From IMG/VR virus record IMGVR_UViG_3300009419_000013, positions 1 through 64,000 of that record: DNA of 64,000 nt. The stretch is one strand, 5' to 3'. The notes below the pieces were generated by a model. It was not told the DNA's origin, did no database searches, and saw only the letters and a program-made list of their open reading frames with translations. Source of the stretch: a virus. The translations under genes were made by a program, and so were the position numbers. Of this stretch, positions 1 to 11,600 are shown piece after piece (positions within the stretch are counted from its first letter, which is position 1; the number at the start of each line of letters is the position of its first letter).

Positions 1-1
1 A

Positions 2-2986
2 TATTATATTAAATGGGAAACTAATGTTTATGAAAATGACAATCTTATTTATTCTGATGTTCTTAATCTGGAAGGAAAAAGGGTCTATATCTCATTCGAT
101 TCGAGATCATTGGGAGATACATTGGCTTGGATTCCCTATGTAGAGGAATTTAGAAAAATCCATAACTGCGATGTTATAGTTTCAACTTTTCTTAATTATC
201 TATTTGCGAATCAATATAAAAGCATAGAATTTGTAAATCCTGGTGATATTGTTAATAACATATATGCACAATATAATATTGGTTGGTATTATGACGATAA
301 GGGTAATGTTGATTATGATAGGGTACCCAACGATTTCAGAAAACAACCTTTGCAGAAAACAGCAACTGATATATTAGGTTTAGAATATAAAGAAATTAGA
401 CCGTTACTTAATTTACCAAAGACTAGCAAAAAGAAAAAAGTTGGGATAGGTATACATTCAACAGCTCAATCAAAATACTGGAATAATAAATATGGATGGC
501 AGGAAGTTGTTGATTATCTTTTATCGATGGGATATGAGGTCATGTTATATTCGAAAGAGAATGACGGATATATGGGTAATTATCATCCGTCAGGAATATC
601 CAAATTTGAAGGTGATGGATTATCAACGTTAATTGATGATTTATCTACCTGTGAATTCTTTATCGGTTTATCCAGTGGACTTTCTTGGCTAGCTTGGTCC
701 GTCGACATACCGGTTATTCTCATATCAGGATTCACCGAAAAATATTGTGAACCATCTATTGGAACATATAGAATAATAAACGAGGATGTTTGTCATGGAT
801 GTTTTAACAGGGAAAGACTTGATGCAGGTGATTGGAATTGGTGTCCTGATCATAAAAATACTGATAGAATGTTTGAATGTACAAAAAGTATAAAATCTAG
901 CCAGGTAATAAAGGAAATTAAAAAAATTATAATGGGCGATAATGTCGTTGAAGTTGAATCTGTTGAATCTGTTGAATCTGATGATAGCATAACTATTGTA
1001 TTGTCGCATGCGGATAATCAATGGAGAAAGAATTTATTGAGGGAGTGTATCGAAAAAATAAGAGGCGAAATAATATTATCTTCAAATTACCCTGTAGATT
1101 CAGATATACAGGAATTATGTGATTGGGTTTTATATACCAAAAACAATCCCTTGTTATTGAAAGATGAGTTTGAGAAATATGACGTCAGCTATAATTATTG
1201 GCATTTTGATGAAAATGGTAGAAAAGTATATTCCCCGATGGAATACGAGCATGGTTATGCAGCATATACATTAATTCAGAATGGTATTAAATTGGCAAAT
1301 CAACTAGGAAAGAAAAAAATTCACGTAATAAATTATGACTATATTATAGATAATCAAACAATATTAAGAAATAACAAAAAGCTTGATGATTTCGATTGTG
1401 TATTTTATTTCTATGATGACAATACCTACGATTTTAATTCGTATTGTAGTGGATTTTTCTCTGGTAAAATAGACGTATTAGATTCCTTCTACGGTAAGTT
1501 TATGTCAAAGGATGATTACTATACTAAAAATAACGTGAATGTTCAGCTTGAAAAAAATCTGTACGATTTTTATAAATCTTCAGAATTTAAAATATTTACC
1601 GATAAATTTAGTGTTTTAAAAAAATTAAACGTAACGAATAGAGAGGGAGTATTAATGTTTGCTAATTCCGAAGATTTCAATAGGTTTAAATATATTAGTG
1701 ACAAATACGAATGCGACAAGACATCGAGCCACGAATATCATAAAATATATCCGGCCATATTAGATCCGATGATCAATGATGAATTTTCATTATTTGAAAT
1801 AGGAATAGATAGAGGTAAATCTGTAAATCTATGGAGAGAATACCTAAAGAATGCCAAAATTTATGGTATGGATATAGGTCATGAATGGACTCATGACAGA
1901 GGAAAAATATTTAAAGGTGATCAGAATAATATAGACGACCTTAATTTCGTAATTGATAGAATAGATAGATGTAAGATCATCATAGATGATGGCTCGCATA
2001 AACCAGATCATCAGATAAAAACATTTCACCATTTGTTTGTAAATCTCCTTTCGGCTGGGGGTTACTATATTATAGAGGATATTGAAACATCATATTGGGA
2101 TCCTGCATCATTTTTATATGGTTATGAAATGGGATATCTAAATATAGTTGATTATTTTACTAAATTTAACCACCAGGTAAATTTTAAATATAATGGACAT
2201 CAGAATGAATTAAATATCGAATATATTAAATTTGCTTCCAACTGTATTATAATTAAAAAATATGATTCACCAGAGCAGGACAAGGACACTGACAATTCTG
2301 GTTTGTTCGATTCCTTTAATTGGGGTAACCAAACTAGAACATATAAAAATACGATGATAAACGAATTAATTACTGAGAATATCTATCAGAAATTTTTTAG
2401 CGTTGACTCGGGTGATATAGTTCTTGATATTGGTGCAAGTCTAGGACCTTTTACCTATTCGATATTAAATAAAAATCCTAAGCATGTATATTGTTTTGAA
2501 CCATATAATGAGTTTTTTGAAATATTGGTTAAAAATACGGAGGGCAAGCAAGTAACAAATATTAATGCTGGAATATCAAATAGTGATGGTACAGCGGATA
2601 ATGATAAGTTGCTTTTTAATTCTGATGTGAGCACACAATCGTCTATGAATAGTATAACATTTAAAAAATTTATAAACGATAACAATTTAGAAAGAATAGA
2701 TTTTTTAAAAACCGATTGTGAGGGAGGTGAGTATGAAATATTCAATTCTGAAAATTTTGATTATATAAAGAATAATGTCAAGAAGATATCTGGTGAATGG
2801 CATCTGAACGAGAATTATGAACCAGGTATAAAGGATAAATTTAGAAAATTTAGAGATCTTTATCTTAAAAATTTTGATAAATATGAAGTATTTTCCATCG
2901 ATGGTATAGATATTAAATGGGATTTATGGAATGAGCATTTTATTGAATATTATAATGAGGTATTGATATACATTGATAATAGGTAA
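2..2986 (+). CDS. Multidomain protein, 5'-truncated by the window: AAH/TibC-type (strand-loop-strand) O-heptosyltransferase + GT-like middle domain + class I SAM methyltransferase + FkbM methyltransferase
   Basis: Frame is open from base 2 (YYIKWETNVY...FDSRSLGDTLAWIPY). GT9-like motifs SLGDTLAW and FFIGLSSGLSWLAW; four-Cys iron finger CHGCFN...WNWCPDHK...FECTKSI; MTase motifs FEIGIDRG, IIIDDGSH, GGYYIIEDI; FkbM motifs VLDIGASLG, IDFLKTDCEGGEY. Confidence 0.8.
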   Translation, partial: YYIKWETNVYENDNLIYSDVLNLEGKRVYISFDSRSLGDTLAWIPYVEEFRKIHNCDVIVSTFLNYLFANQYKSIEFVNPGDIVNNIYAQYNIGWYYDDKGNVDYDRVPNDFRKQPLQKTATDILGLEYKEIRPLLNLPKTSKKKKVGIGIHSTAQSKYWNNKYGWQEVVDYLLSMGYEVMLYSKENDGYMGNYHPSGISKFEGDGLSTLIDDLSTCEFFIGLSSGLSWLAWSVDIPVILISGFTEKYCEPSIGTYRIINEDVCHGCFNRERLDAGDWNWCPDHKNTDRMFECTKSIKSSQVIKEIKKIIMGDNVVEVESVESVESDDSITIVLSHADNQWRKNLLRECIEKIRGEIILSSNYPVDSDIQELCDWVLYTKNNPLLLKDEFEKYDVSYNYWHFDENGRKVYSPMEYEHGYAAYTLIQNGIKLANQLGKKKIHVINYDYIIDNQTILRNNKKLDDFDCVFYFYDDNTYDFNSYCSGFFSGKIDVLDSFYGKFMSKDDYYTKNNVNVQLEKNLYDFYKSSEFKIFTDKFSVLKKLNVTNREGVLMFANSEDFNRFKYISDKYECDKTSSHEYHKIYPAILDPMINDEFSLFEIGIDRGKSVNLWREYLKNAKIYGMDIGHEWTHDRGKIFKGDQNNIDDLNFVIDRIDRCKIIIDDGSHKPDHQIKTFHHLFVNLLSAGGYYIIEDIETSYWDPASFLYGYEMGYLNIVDYFTKFNHQVNFKYNGHQNELNIEYIKFASNCIIIKKYDSPEQDKDTDNSGLFDSFNWGNQTRTYKNTMINELITENIYQKFFSVDSGDIVLDIGASLGPFTYSILNKNPKHVYCFEPYNEFFEILVKNTEGKQVTNINAGISNSDGTADNDKLLFNSDVSTQSSMNSITFKKFINDNNLERIDFLKTDCEGGEYEIFNSENFDYIKNNVKKISGEWHLNENYEPGIKDKFRKFRDLYLKNFDKYEVFSIDGIDIKWDLWNEHFIEYYNEVLIYIDNR
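953..979 (+). repeat. 9-bp tandem repeat (GTTGAATCT)x3 encoding a VESVESVES interdomain linker
   Basis: Read directly from the sequence. Confidence 0.9.
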
Positions 2987-2988
2987 TT

Positions 2989-3360
2989 ATGAAAATAGAG
3001 GTTTCAGTTGGTGAGATAGTAGATAAGCTATCAATATTAAATATAAAGAAGGATAATATACTTGACAAGTCAAAATTGAATAATATTATTAATGAGTTTG
3101 ATTATCTTTACCCGATAGTATTTGAGCACCTTTTAGTAGAACAAGAAGATTTTTACTCACTGTTGAATATAAATAAAAAATTATGGGAGATAGAGGACGA
3201 AATAAGATTGCTAGAAAATTCAAAAAAATTCGATGATGAATTTATAGAATTAGCAAGATCTGTTTATATAACTAACGACAAAAGAGCGGAAATTAAAAAG
3301 TATATAAATTTAAAATATGGTTCTATTTTTACCGAAGAAAAATCATACGAGAAATACTAA
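2989..3360 (+). CDS. DUF6165-like protein, commonly adjacent to glycosyltransferases
   Basis: IEVSVGEIVDKLSILNIK...LWEIEDEIR...FIELARSVYITNDKRAEIKKYIN...EEKSY signature. Confidence 0.7.
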   Translation: MKIEVSVGEIVDKLSILNIKKDNILDKSKLNNIINEFDYLYPIVFEHLLVEQEDFYSLLNINKKLWEIEDEIRLLENSKKFDDEFIELARSVYITNDKRAEIKKYINLKYGSIFTEEKSYEKY

Positions 3361-3371
3361 GAATATAAATT

Positions 3372-3409
3372 AAGAAAATGCTGGATCATAAGTCCAGCAT
3401 TTTCTTTTT
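3372..3409 (+). terminator. Rho-independent terminator
   Basis: AAGAAAATGCTGGA-tcataag-TCCAGCATTTTCTTTTT. Confidence 0.85.
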
Positions 3410-3410
3410 G

Positions 3411-3418
3411 GATATATA
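3411..3418 (+). promoter_or_regulatory. Putative late promoter GATATATA
   Basis: The same octamer recurs about 5-35 nt upstream of many structural genes. Confidence 0.7.
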
Positions 3419-3435
3419 CATAAATAATTAAAAAA

Positions 3436-5925
3436 ATGAGTTTCGTACCAGAAGATAAGTTTCCAAAGCCAACCACTCCTGTATATAATACCAGTGGTGA
3501 GCAATATAATCTATCTGATCAAAGATTTAATTATCATGATGGATTACAAAATACAGACAAAGTAAAGAGCTCATCGACTGATAATATATTCTCTACTCCG
3601 GAGGGTGCAATGGCTAGATCTCAGCAGATAGGTTGTGGCGGATATCATCAGGTATCAATAAACGGAGAAACTTTTTATAAACCGTGCGAAGACTCATCCT
3701 ATTATGATTTAAGAATAGAACAGCTAGATAGTGCATTAAACTTCACCTATATAGGTAATTATAGGGTTCTATCATGGGATAAACCTTTCGAGAACGTTAC
3801 TAAATTTAACGGATGGATAATAGATGCATCGAATAGTAATAACTCGGGATCCATATTAGATGCGAATGATATCGCAATAGATTTTAGATATAGTATAGAT
3901 GGTAAAAGTTGGTCATTATGGACAAACGTAGGTACTGCTTTAAATGGGCTAACTAATGAATTTTCAACTCTCTTTGATATAGCATTAAATCCTAATAATA
4001 AATTTTATCCTGAATTTAGATTTACCTCAGTTCTTATTAATGATGATGGTACTATAATCTATAATACCGAAGAACCTATAGATCCTACTATAGTTATAGT
4101 TTCTTTTGAATTGGATCTAGACTATGGTCCAACACCGGAGGTTGTTATATACAAGCCAGCGCCGGTTTGCACTAATGAGGTTTCATCCAGACCTGTTGTA
4201 TTTTCAAACTGTAATTTTACTTTTAATCCATATGCTGTTAATCGTGCTTTAAATCTATACCAGGATCTTAGTTTAATGGTTAATAATGTTTTTGGTCTAG
4301 AAGCAAATTATTATTCAATACAGCCACAAGCTAGAGGAAAGGATGTTATACTTAGGGAATACACTCTATTTAATGTAGTGGATGAGAAATGTGTTAAGAT
4401 AGTAGTTCCACAAAATCAGTTTCCTGACAATAAAATGAACTTTGATCCTTTTGGGCTCCAGTTTGAGGAACCTTTTGAAATACAGATTGATAAAAGGTAT
4501 TTCGAAAGTATATTTGGTAAGGGATCACAACCAAGGAAGAGAGATATACTTTATTTTCCTATTGCAAATAGAATATATGAAATAAATTCAACTTACCTTT
4601 TCAGGGATTTTATGAATTCCCCTGTTTACTTTAAAGTTGAGCTTAAGAAATATACTCCTAAGAGTAATACGTATTTTCAGGACCCTGCATATAAGGAGGA
4701 ATTAGAGGGAATATCTTTAACTACAAGTGATCTATTTGGAGTTGAAACTAGAGACGAAGAAACGAAAGCTACCAAGCCACAGCAATATGCAACCACGATA
4801 ACCCAATTGTCTCAGGATCCTATAAGATCATATATCTATAAGGAGCTTCAAACAATTGAATATGATCTAAATAATAACTGGACCATAGTTGCTAATAATT
4901 ATTATGATTTATCTGCATCATTTAATGATGATTCCGAATTCGGATATGATCCGGACAGATATAGAAATGCAATTAGATATAAATTCTTACCAAAATCTGA
5001 TTCGTCCACGGAATTAGCATTTACTACATGGTTTAATATAAGAAATTACTATGACAATCAGCAATTATTAAGAAGACCATATCCTGTAATAAACTTGACT
5101 CTAGAGAATTCTACCGATGATTTACTATACTTTAATTCATTCCCTAAAAGGCATAGACTTGAAAGCTGGCAATCATACGCATCAAATCCTAATGGATATG
5201 TAGCTATCAAAGGTGACAAACATCATTCAGGAGGATATCAGGTAGTCTCAGTTTTGGATGAATATAGGTTCACTGTTGTTAATAATAACACAGTTTTTTC
5301 CGAAGGAACCATAATATGGAGAATGCAAAAAGCACAAAGCCGAAATTTGATTAGCGGTTTATATCAGGATGTTGATGATTCGATAAAAGGATTCAGGGTG
5401 GATATAGTACATTCCGGAGTAATGGATGATACAGGTAACCAGTTTTTAGAGACTGGTAGTTTAGTTATAAGATTGAATGATACAATAATAAACTCGCCTC
5501 TACAATTTACACCAGTTTATGGTGATTGGTATTCAATCGTTGTAAACTTTTCCAATGTTTATAAACAGATTTCTGCAAATGTATGGGAAATGTCATATGA
5601 TCCTGTAAATCCTAATGAGCAGACCAGTAAACTTAACAAGGTTCATGAGGTCGTAAGAATGTTTACTGACCCTATATTGTTCAATGCTCCATCTGTAATA
5701 AATAACGATACAGCTAGTCCATTCTATGGTACTGATGATAATACATATAAAATATTCACTGGTCCAATATTCTTAACTAATATTAGATTATTTAAAAATA
5801 TGATAGATATAGATACACAGTCTACAGTTCTAAATCAGAATGTAGTTAGAGATGCACAATTAGCACACATAATAGATAACGCAAAACCATTATTAAAAGC
5901 ACCTAAGTTTGCTAGAAATAGATAA
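3436..5925 (+). CDS. Extended neck/head-closure protein with a central T4 gp14-like domain
   Basis: FGLEANYY...KDVILREY...FDPFGLQFEEPFEIQIDKRYFE...PRKRDILYFPIANRIYEI resembles gp14; lies upstream of terminase. Confidence 0.6.
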   Translation: MSFVPEDKFPKPTTPVYNTSGEQYNLSDQRFNYHDGLQNTDKVKSSSTDNIFSTPEGAMARSQQIGCGGYHQVSINGETFYKPCEDSSYYDLRIEQLDSALNFTYIGNYRVLSWDKPFENVTKFNGWIIDASNSNNSGSILDANDIAIDFRYSIDGKSWSLWTNVGTALNGLTNEFSTLFDIALNPNNKFYPEFRFTSVLINDDGTIIYNTEEPIDPTIVIVSFELDLDYGPTPEVVIYKPAPVCTNEVSSRPVVFSNCNFTFNPYAVNRALNLYQDLSLMVNNVFGLEANYYSIQPQARGKDVILREYTLFNVVDEKCVKIVVPQNQFPDNKMNFDPFGLQFEEPFEIQIDKRYFESIFGKGSQPRKRDILYFPIANRIYEINSTYLFRDFMNSPVYFKVELKKYTPKSNTYFQDPAYKEELEGISLTTSDLFGVETRDEETKATKPQQYATTITQLSQDPIRSYIYKELQTIEYDLNNNWTIVANNYYDLSASFNDDSEFGYDPDRYRNAIRYKFLPKSDSSTELAFTTWFNIRNYYDNQQLLRRPYPVINLTLENSTDDLLYFNSFPKRHRLESWQSYASNPNGYVAIKGDKHHSGGYQVVSVLDEYRFTVVNNNTVFSEGTIIWRMQKAQSRNLISGLYQDVDDSIKGFRVDIVHSGVMDDTGNQFLETGSLVIRLNDTIINSPLQFTPVYGDWYSIVVNFSNVYKQISANVWEMSYDPVNPNEQTSKLNKVHEVVRMFTDPILFNAPSVINNDTASPFYGTDDNTYKIFTGPIFLTNIRLFKNMIDIDTQSTVLNQNVVRDAQLAHIIDNAKPLLKAPKFARNR

Positions 5926-5928
5926 ATT

Positions 5929-6717
5929 ATGCCAAGAAGAAAACCAAAACCGGAAAAAGTTCTGGAAGAAAAGATTAAAGAAAGTTTAGACTCCATTATA
6001 ATGGAGGAAGCATTGGATAATATAGCAGCTGATACCGAAGATCTACCAAGATTAAAAAGTACTGAAGTTATGGATTTTGCAACAGAAAAATCCACTGCAT
6101 TATCTGAGGCGAAGGCTCTTTTAGATTCAATATCCAATTTTTATTTAGATTCTGCAGCGAAAACCGATGCAACACATGTTGAATTTAAAAAGAAGATGGA
6201 CACGATGAATATATCAGCAATGATGTTTCAGTTGAAATCATCTCAACATGCGATTACTAAATTATTAGAGGAAATAGATCTCGGTAATATGCACCCTAGA
6301 CTATTCGAAGTTCTTGCTCAATTACAATCCCAGATTATGCAGATGCCCAAGGACTATCAGGGATATCTTGAAAAAATGGAACAGAACTACAAGAAAACTA
6401 GAATAGAATCTGATGAAAAGAGGCATTCCAATGGTGTCGTAATGGATCAGGAATACACTTCCGATGGTTCATATGCACCGATCCCTAATAGCTCGGATGG
6501 TATTAGATCCAGAGGTACCAGAGGTATAATGGAGGGACTACGCGATATTATAAATAGCTCAGAAGTTGTTGATATAACTCCGGAGATGGTTGATCCTAAC
6601 GCGGTAGTTAACGCTAGACAGAAGAAAATAATAGACGCTAATAATCCTAGAAGCATACAGGAGGATCTAGATTCCGGTATGGAGGATTATTCTATCGAAG
6701 ACGATATATTAGAATAA
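5929..6717 (+). CDS. Probable terminase small subunit (gp16-like)
   Basis: Directly upstream of TerL; HPRLFEVLAQL resembles the gp16 PRxxEV motif. Confidence 0.5.
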   Translation: MPRRKPKPEKVLEEKIKESLDSIIMEEALDNIAADTEDLPRLKSTEVMDFATEKSTALSEAKALLDSISNFYLDSAAKTDATHVEFKKKMDTMNISAMMFQLKSSQHAITKLLEEIDLGNMHPRLFEVLAQLQSQIMQMPKDYQGYLEKMEQNYKKTRIESDEKRHSNGVVMDQEYTSDGSYAPIPNSSDGIRSRGTRGIMEGLRDIINSSEVVDITPEMVDPNAVVNARQKKIIDANNPRSIQEDLDSGMEDYSIEDDILE

Positions 6718-6726
6718 AGCGAAACT

Positions 6727-8547
6727 ATGAGTAATTTACCTGCAGCTGAACAGCAAGAAACCTCCTATTGGACAACCGCTAGGGTTGATGAGTTATTAAG
6801 AAGAGTTGATGAGGACGGACTTGATTACAAGGAAGTTGACAATCCTTTTCATGACCAAGATCCGGAGCTAAAAAGATCTAATATACTTTGGGAATATACC
6901 AGTGAAGAAATACTGGAAATGAAGAAGTGTGCGGAGGATGTTAGTTATTTTGCTAAATATTGTAAAGTAATGACTGATACCGGTTTAGATTACATACGTC
7001 TTAGGGATTATCAGACATCAGTTCTTAAGGAATATCAGAATCATAGATTTAATATATTCTTAGCCCCTAGACAGGTTGGTAAATCAATAACCTCATCCAT
7101 CATATTAGTTTGGTATCTTCTTTTTAACCATGATAAAAATGCGATGATTCTTGCTAACGTAGGTGATACCGCGGAGGAGTTAATGGATAAGATAAAATCC
7201 ATTATAAAGGGACTTCCTTTTTATATGAAACCTGGTATGGTTGTCAATAACGTTATGACAATGAGATTTGATAATGGATGCAGGGTATTAGCTAAAACTA
7301 CAACAAAAACATCAGGTATTGGTTTTACCATACATTTTCTATATATGGATGAGTTCGCTCATATTAATCCAAATTTCATGGAGGCTTTCTTCAGATCAAC
7401 TTACCCCACAGTATCATCATCCAAAGTTTCCCGAATAATAATAACATCAACCCCAAATGGAATGAATAAGTTTTATGACATTTATCAAGGTGCAATAACG
7501 GGGGAAAATAGTTTTAATCCGATTAGGGTTGACTGGTGGCAAGTTCCGGGTAGAGACGATGAATGGAAAAAGAGGGAAATTGGTAACTTAGGAAGTGAGG
7601 AATTATTTAATCAGGAATATGGTAATCAATTTTTAAGCTCATCTAGCTTACTTTTAGGTTCGGATGAATTAAAAAAGATTAGAAGAAATGAGGTTGAGTA
7701 TGAATGGAGGGAATTAAGCTCACTGCATTACGGTGATGTAAATTATGAGAATCTATTATGGCATCCAAAGTTTGATATAGATAAGTGCGATCAGCCCGGG
7801 AAAAAATTTGTTATCTCCATAGATTTGAGTGGTGGTGGTAATGGAGACTTTACGGTTATAAATATATTTAAGGTAACACCTTTACCTAAGTTCATAATAG
7901 AGAAAATAGAGGAATTTGAGGACGAAGCCGATTTTTTTGGCCTGGTCCAGGTTGGTGTATTCAGAGATAATGAAATAAAACTCGAAGAAGTGACAAAACT
8001 TCTACAGTTATTATGTAGCGAAATATTTACTGTTGATAGGGTTAAGATAGCTTTAGAGATGAATTATAAAGGTGAATTGTTATATGATAAATTAATGGCC
8101 AGGGATGACTTTTTTGATGAGATGTTTTTATTTACTAAACATACGGAGGCAGCTAGAATAATGAAGGTTGGTATAAAGTATAATGAGAAAAATAAAATGA
8201 AATATTGTGAGATGCTCAGGGGGCTAATAAAAAGTGACAGAATACTAGTTAATGATAAAAAATGGACCGTACCCGAGCTTTTTACTTTTGGCTTAAATAA
8301 TAGGGGAACATACTCCAGTCAGAGTGGCCATGATGATGTTGCAATGACGCTAGTCAATTTACCCGGCTTATTCGAGGGATATGATTTTAATCAATTAGTT
8401 GGCGAGGTGTTTGATGAGCTTGAGGATAATTCATATAAGGATCTTATAATAAGTAAACTTGAAGGAGGACAGATAAGCGAAGATGAAGGAAGAGGACCAA
8501 GTACTAAGGATGGAAGAATGTTTGGTGATTTTAATAACATGATGTAA
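6727..8547 (+). CDS. terL: Terminase large subunit (T4 gp17-like)
   Basis: LRDYQ, Walker A APRQVGKS, Walker B LYMDEFAH, ITSTPNG, FNQEY, nuclease SIDLSGG...GDF and GHDDVAM. Confidence 0.95.
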   Translation: MSNLPAAEQQETSYWTTARVDELLRRVDEDGLDYKEVDNPFHDQDPELKRSNILWEYTSEEILEMKKCAEDVSYFAKYCKVMTDTGLDYIRLRDYQTSVLKEYQNHRFNIFLAPRQVGKSITSSIILVWYLLFNHDKNAMILANVGDTAEELMDKIKSIIKGLPFYMKPGMVVNNVMTMRFDNGCRVLAKTTTKTSGIGFTIHFLYMDEFAHINPNFMEAFFRSTYPTVSSSKVSRIIITSTPNGMNKFYDIYQGAITGENSFNPIRVDWWQVPGRDDEWKKREIGNLGSEELFNQEYGNQFLSSSSLLLGSDELKKIRRNEVEYEWRELSSLHYGDVNYENLLWHPKFDIDKCDQPGKKFVISIDLSGGGNGDFTVINIFKVTPLPKFIIEKIEEFEDEADFFGLVQVGVFRDNEIKLEEVTKLLQLLCSEIFTVDRVKIALEMNYKGELLYDKLMARDDFFDEMFLFTKHTEAARIMKVGIKYNEKNKMKYCEMLRGLIKSDRILVNDKKWTVPELFTFGLNNRGTYSSQSGHDDVAMTLVNLPGLFEGYDFNQLVGEVFDELEDNSYKDLIISKLEGGQISEDEGRGPSTKDGRMFGDFNNMM

Positions 8548-8578
8548 TAGCATAACACATAATTCCCATTTTGATTTT

Positions 8579-8586
8579 GATATATA
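8579..8586 (+). promoter_or_regulatory. Putative late promoter GATATATA
   Basis: 30 nt upstream of the sheath ATG. Confidence 0.7.
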
Positions 8587-8616
8587 GTCTAGAAGCAAAA
8601 ATATCTTTAATAAATA

Positions 8617-11600
8617 ATGGCAAATAAGGTAAAAATAGACTATTCTCAATTCAGAGCATCTGGAGTCTACACACTTGAGTTTGACGCATCTCAGAATGTT
8701 ATATTAACATCACAAACGATAAGACTGGTTGTTGGGTTTTCTAACAAGGGTCCTTTTAATACTCCGGTTTATATACCGGATGTTACTACAATGATATCGA
8801 TATTTGGAGATGTTGATAGATCATTAGAAAACAAGGGATCTTTTTTCCAAAGATCTATATTAACATGTTTAAATACAGGTCCTGTTTTCGCGTTAAATCT
8901 TTTAAGATTAAATGATGATGAGGAGACTGCAAATCCCGATAAAGTTACATATCAATCATATTCACTTGATACTGAAGAGTATAACGGTGAGGTAACTAGT
9001 AGATTATATTCATCCTACTATAACAAGGAGAGATTTTGGTTCGCTGATCCTAATTACTTTCTTGCTACATTAAGTGTTGCCGATCAAGGTAAGTTATTTA
9101 ATTTAACTAATCTTGGTAAGTCTCCGATGAGTATAATTACCAGAAAATCTACTGATTCATCTAGACCTCTTAGAGGATATGATATTTTCGCAATTGATTG
9201 GTATGGTGCGGATAACGTACCTAGCTTTATGCACCCATATGACTATATGGCTGACTATTTCATTGATGTTATTGCAGTATTCGGTGATTGGACAAATTAC
9301 CAAGCATTATCACTGGATCCTAGATGGAGCACATATTTTACCGATAATGGATTCATAAAAAGTAGAATTGATAGTTTCCTATCTGAACCTGATGTATCTA
9401 TAGTTACCTCAGTTACTGGATGTATTATCCCTGATTTTGTTGACCTTAATGGTGTTACTCAATACATTCAAGTATTAATAAACAATGGCACTCCTTCTAC
9501 TGGACTATTTTGTGCAATAGATGAACAAGCTTTTGATGATATATGTGCTAATGGATCTAAGATAGATCTAGTAGGTAATCACCTTATTGATGAATTAACT
9601 GGTGATAGTGACTTAGCTACTCCTAGAATCAATTTCTTAAGCTATGATCAAGTTCTTGTTGCTGATTATCTTTATACACAAAATGTAATAGGTGTAACCG
9701 GAGCTACCGGATTCAACAGCGCTACCGGAGCAACAGTTTATACTACGGGAGCTAAAGTAGGTACTTTATATACATTAACTGGAAATTCAGGGGCAACAGC
9801 TGGTATCGTTCAGCAATCATTTTTACCTTACGATCCTAATGCATATGATGGTGGATTACACTATCTACAAACTAGCGGAGCATATGGAACAACAGCGGGA
9901 TATTTACAAAATGCAGCCAATGTTAATTCACTTAAGACTTTCTTAACGGTAACATCATCGAATGACGAAAAATTCATACTGGGTGTAGTTTCTGGATATA
10001 CTGGAGGTTTAACCGGCGCATTACTTAATCAATTTGCTGAGGCTGATTTGGTTAAACTTAAAGTTACTGGTACCAGAGACATTTCAGGAACTCTTAGAAT
10101 TTTCTGGACGCATCCATTAGATACATCATTCTATAGAGGACAAGGTATAACAGTTACTCCAACATTTAATTTAACCTCATATAATACGGGAGCTTCTGGA
10201 AGTAATCCTTCATTCTATACTAATGCTTACCAATTTGGTAATTCTGATTATCTTGATATCATCAACGTAGCTACACCTAGTGGAGTTACAGGACCAGGAG
10301 CACCTGCAGGAACATCAAATGTACTTGTCGGATATAACGCTTCCCCACTTTTCCAAGATAATAAATATGCTGAAATCACTGATGGAGATCTTGCTTGGAC
10401 CAGCGCGGATGGAACTTCCCTTAGATACCTAGGCTTTGAATCAACAGTTGATAAGGATCAGTTTAATATGGTTTATACCAGAGCATTTAGTAACGTATCA
10501 AGAGCTAACGAAACGATTACAAACATACCAGCATTTGCTAGCACTTATGCTTCAAATAATATAGGTCTTCCTGTAGGACCACAAAATTTTGACATAATTT
10601 CGCAGGAAGGTTCGATTAACCAATTTGTAGATTGTACCAAAATAGACGTTACCACATTCTTGGTTACATTGGATAGTAATAGTAATGTTCCATTCTCGGT
10701 AGGAGATTTGGTAGTTTCTACTGATCTTGATATATGTGAACCTGCTACAGGGAACAGACAAAGTAGATTAGCAAAGATAACTTCTGTTGCTATGACAACA
10801 ACTCTAGGAACATATAGAGTTACTTCTGCTAGACCGGTTCTTTATTATACATCAGGAACAGGAGTAAGAGTTCAAAAATTCAAATCTATTGCTCAGTTTA
10901 CAAGATCTTTTGATTTCAGTTATTTAAGTGGATTCACTATGAATGAATCACATAGACCAAACGGAAGTGATGCTAGGATTTCTGAAATATTGGATGTTAT
11001 GTATGACACCAATATAGCTAAAACACTGGCTGCTAAGGACGTTATATCATTCAGATACATCGTGGATACTTTCTCTGGTCAAATATTACCTAACTCTAAA
11101 TACCAATTAAGTAGATTGGCTAAGCTTAGACAACAGGCATTAGCATTAATCAACGCTCCTTCAATGGCTCAATTTAGAGCAAGTACGGATCCTAGATTTA
11201 CTGATGCGCCTACAGCTTCTAATCCATATCCAAGATTAAATACTGCTTATATTGTAGACGGTGGTAATTTATCACTAAACCCATCTTACACATTTAGTTT
11301 ACCTAGTGAGGATGAAGGAGCTAAATATGCTGCTTTTTATTCACCTTACATTACAGTAAGAGAAAATAATAGAAACGTGGAAGTTCCACCTTCTGCTTAT
11401 GTTTCTAATAACTTCCTAAGAAAATTTGCAAACGGGGAACCTTATGCAATTATAGCAGGACAGAAAAGAGGGGTTATTAGTGGAGGTAATATAGTTGGAG
11501 TTGAGTATGATTTTACTGATGAAGATAGAGGAAATCTTGAACCATTCGGAATCAACCCAATTATAAAAAGAAGAGGTATCGGAGTGGTTATTTTTGGTAA

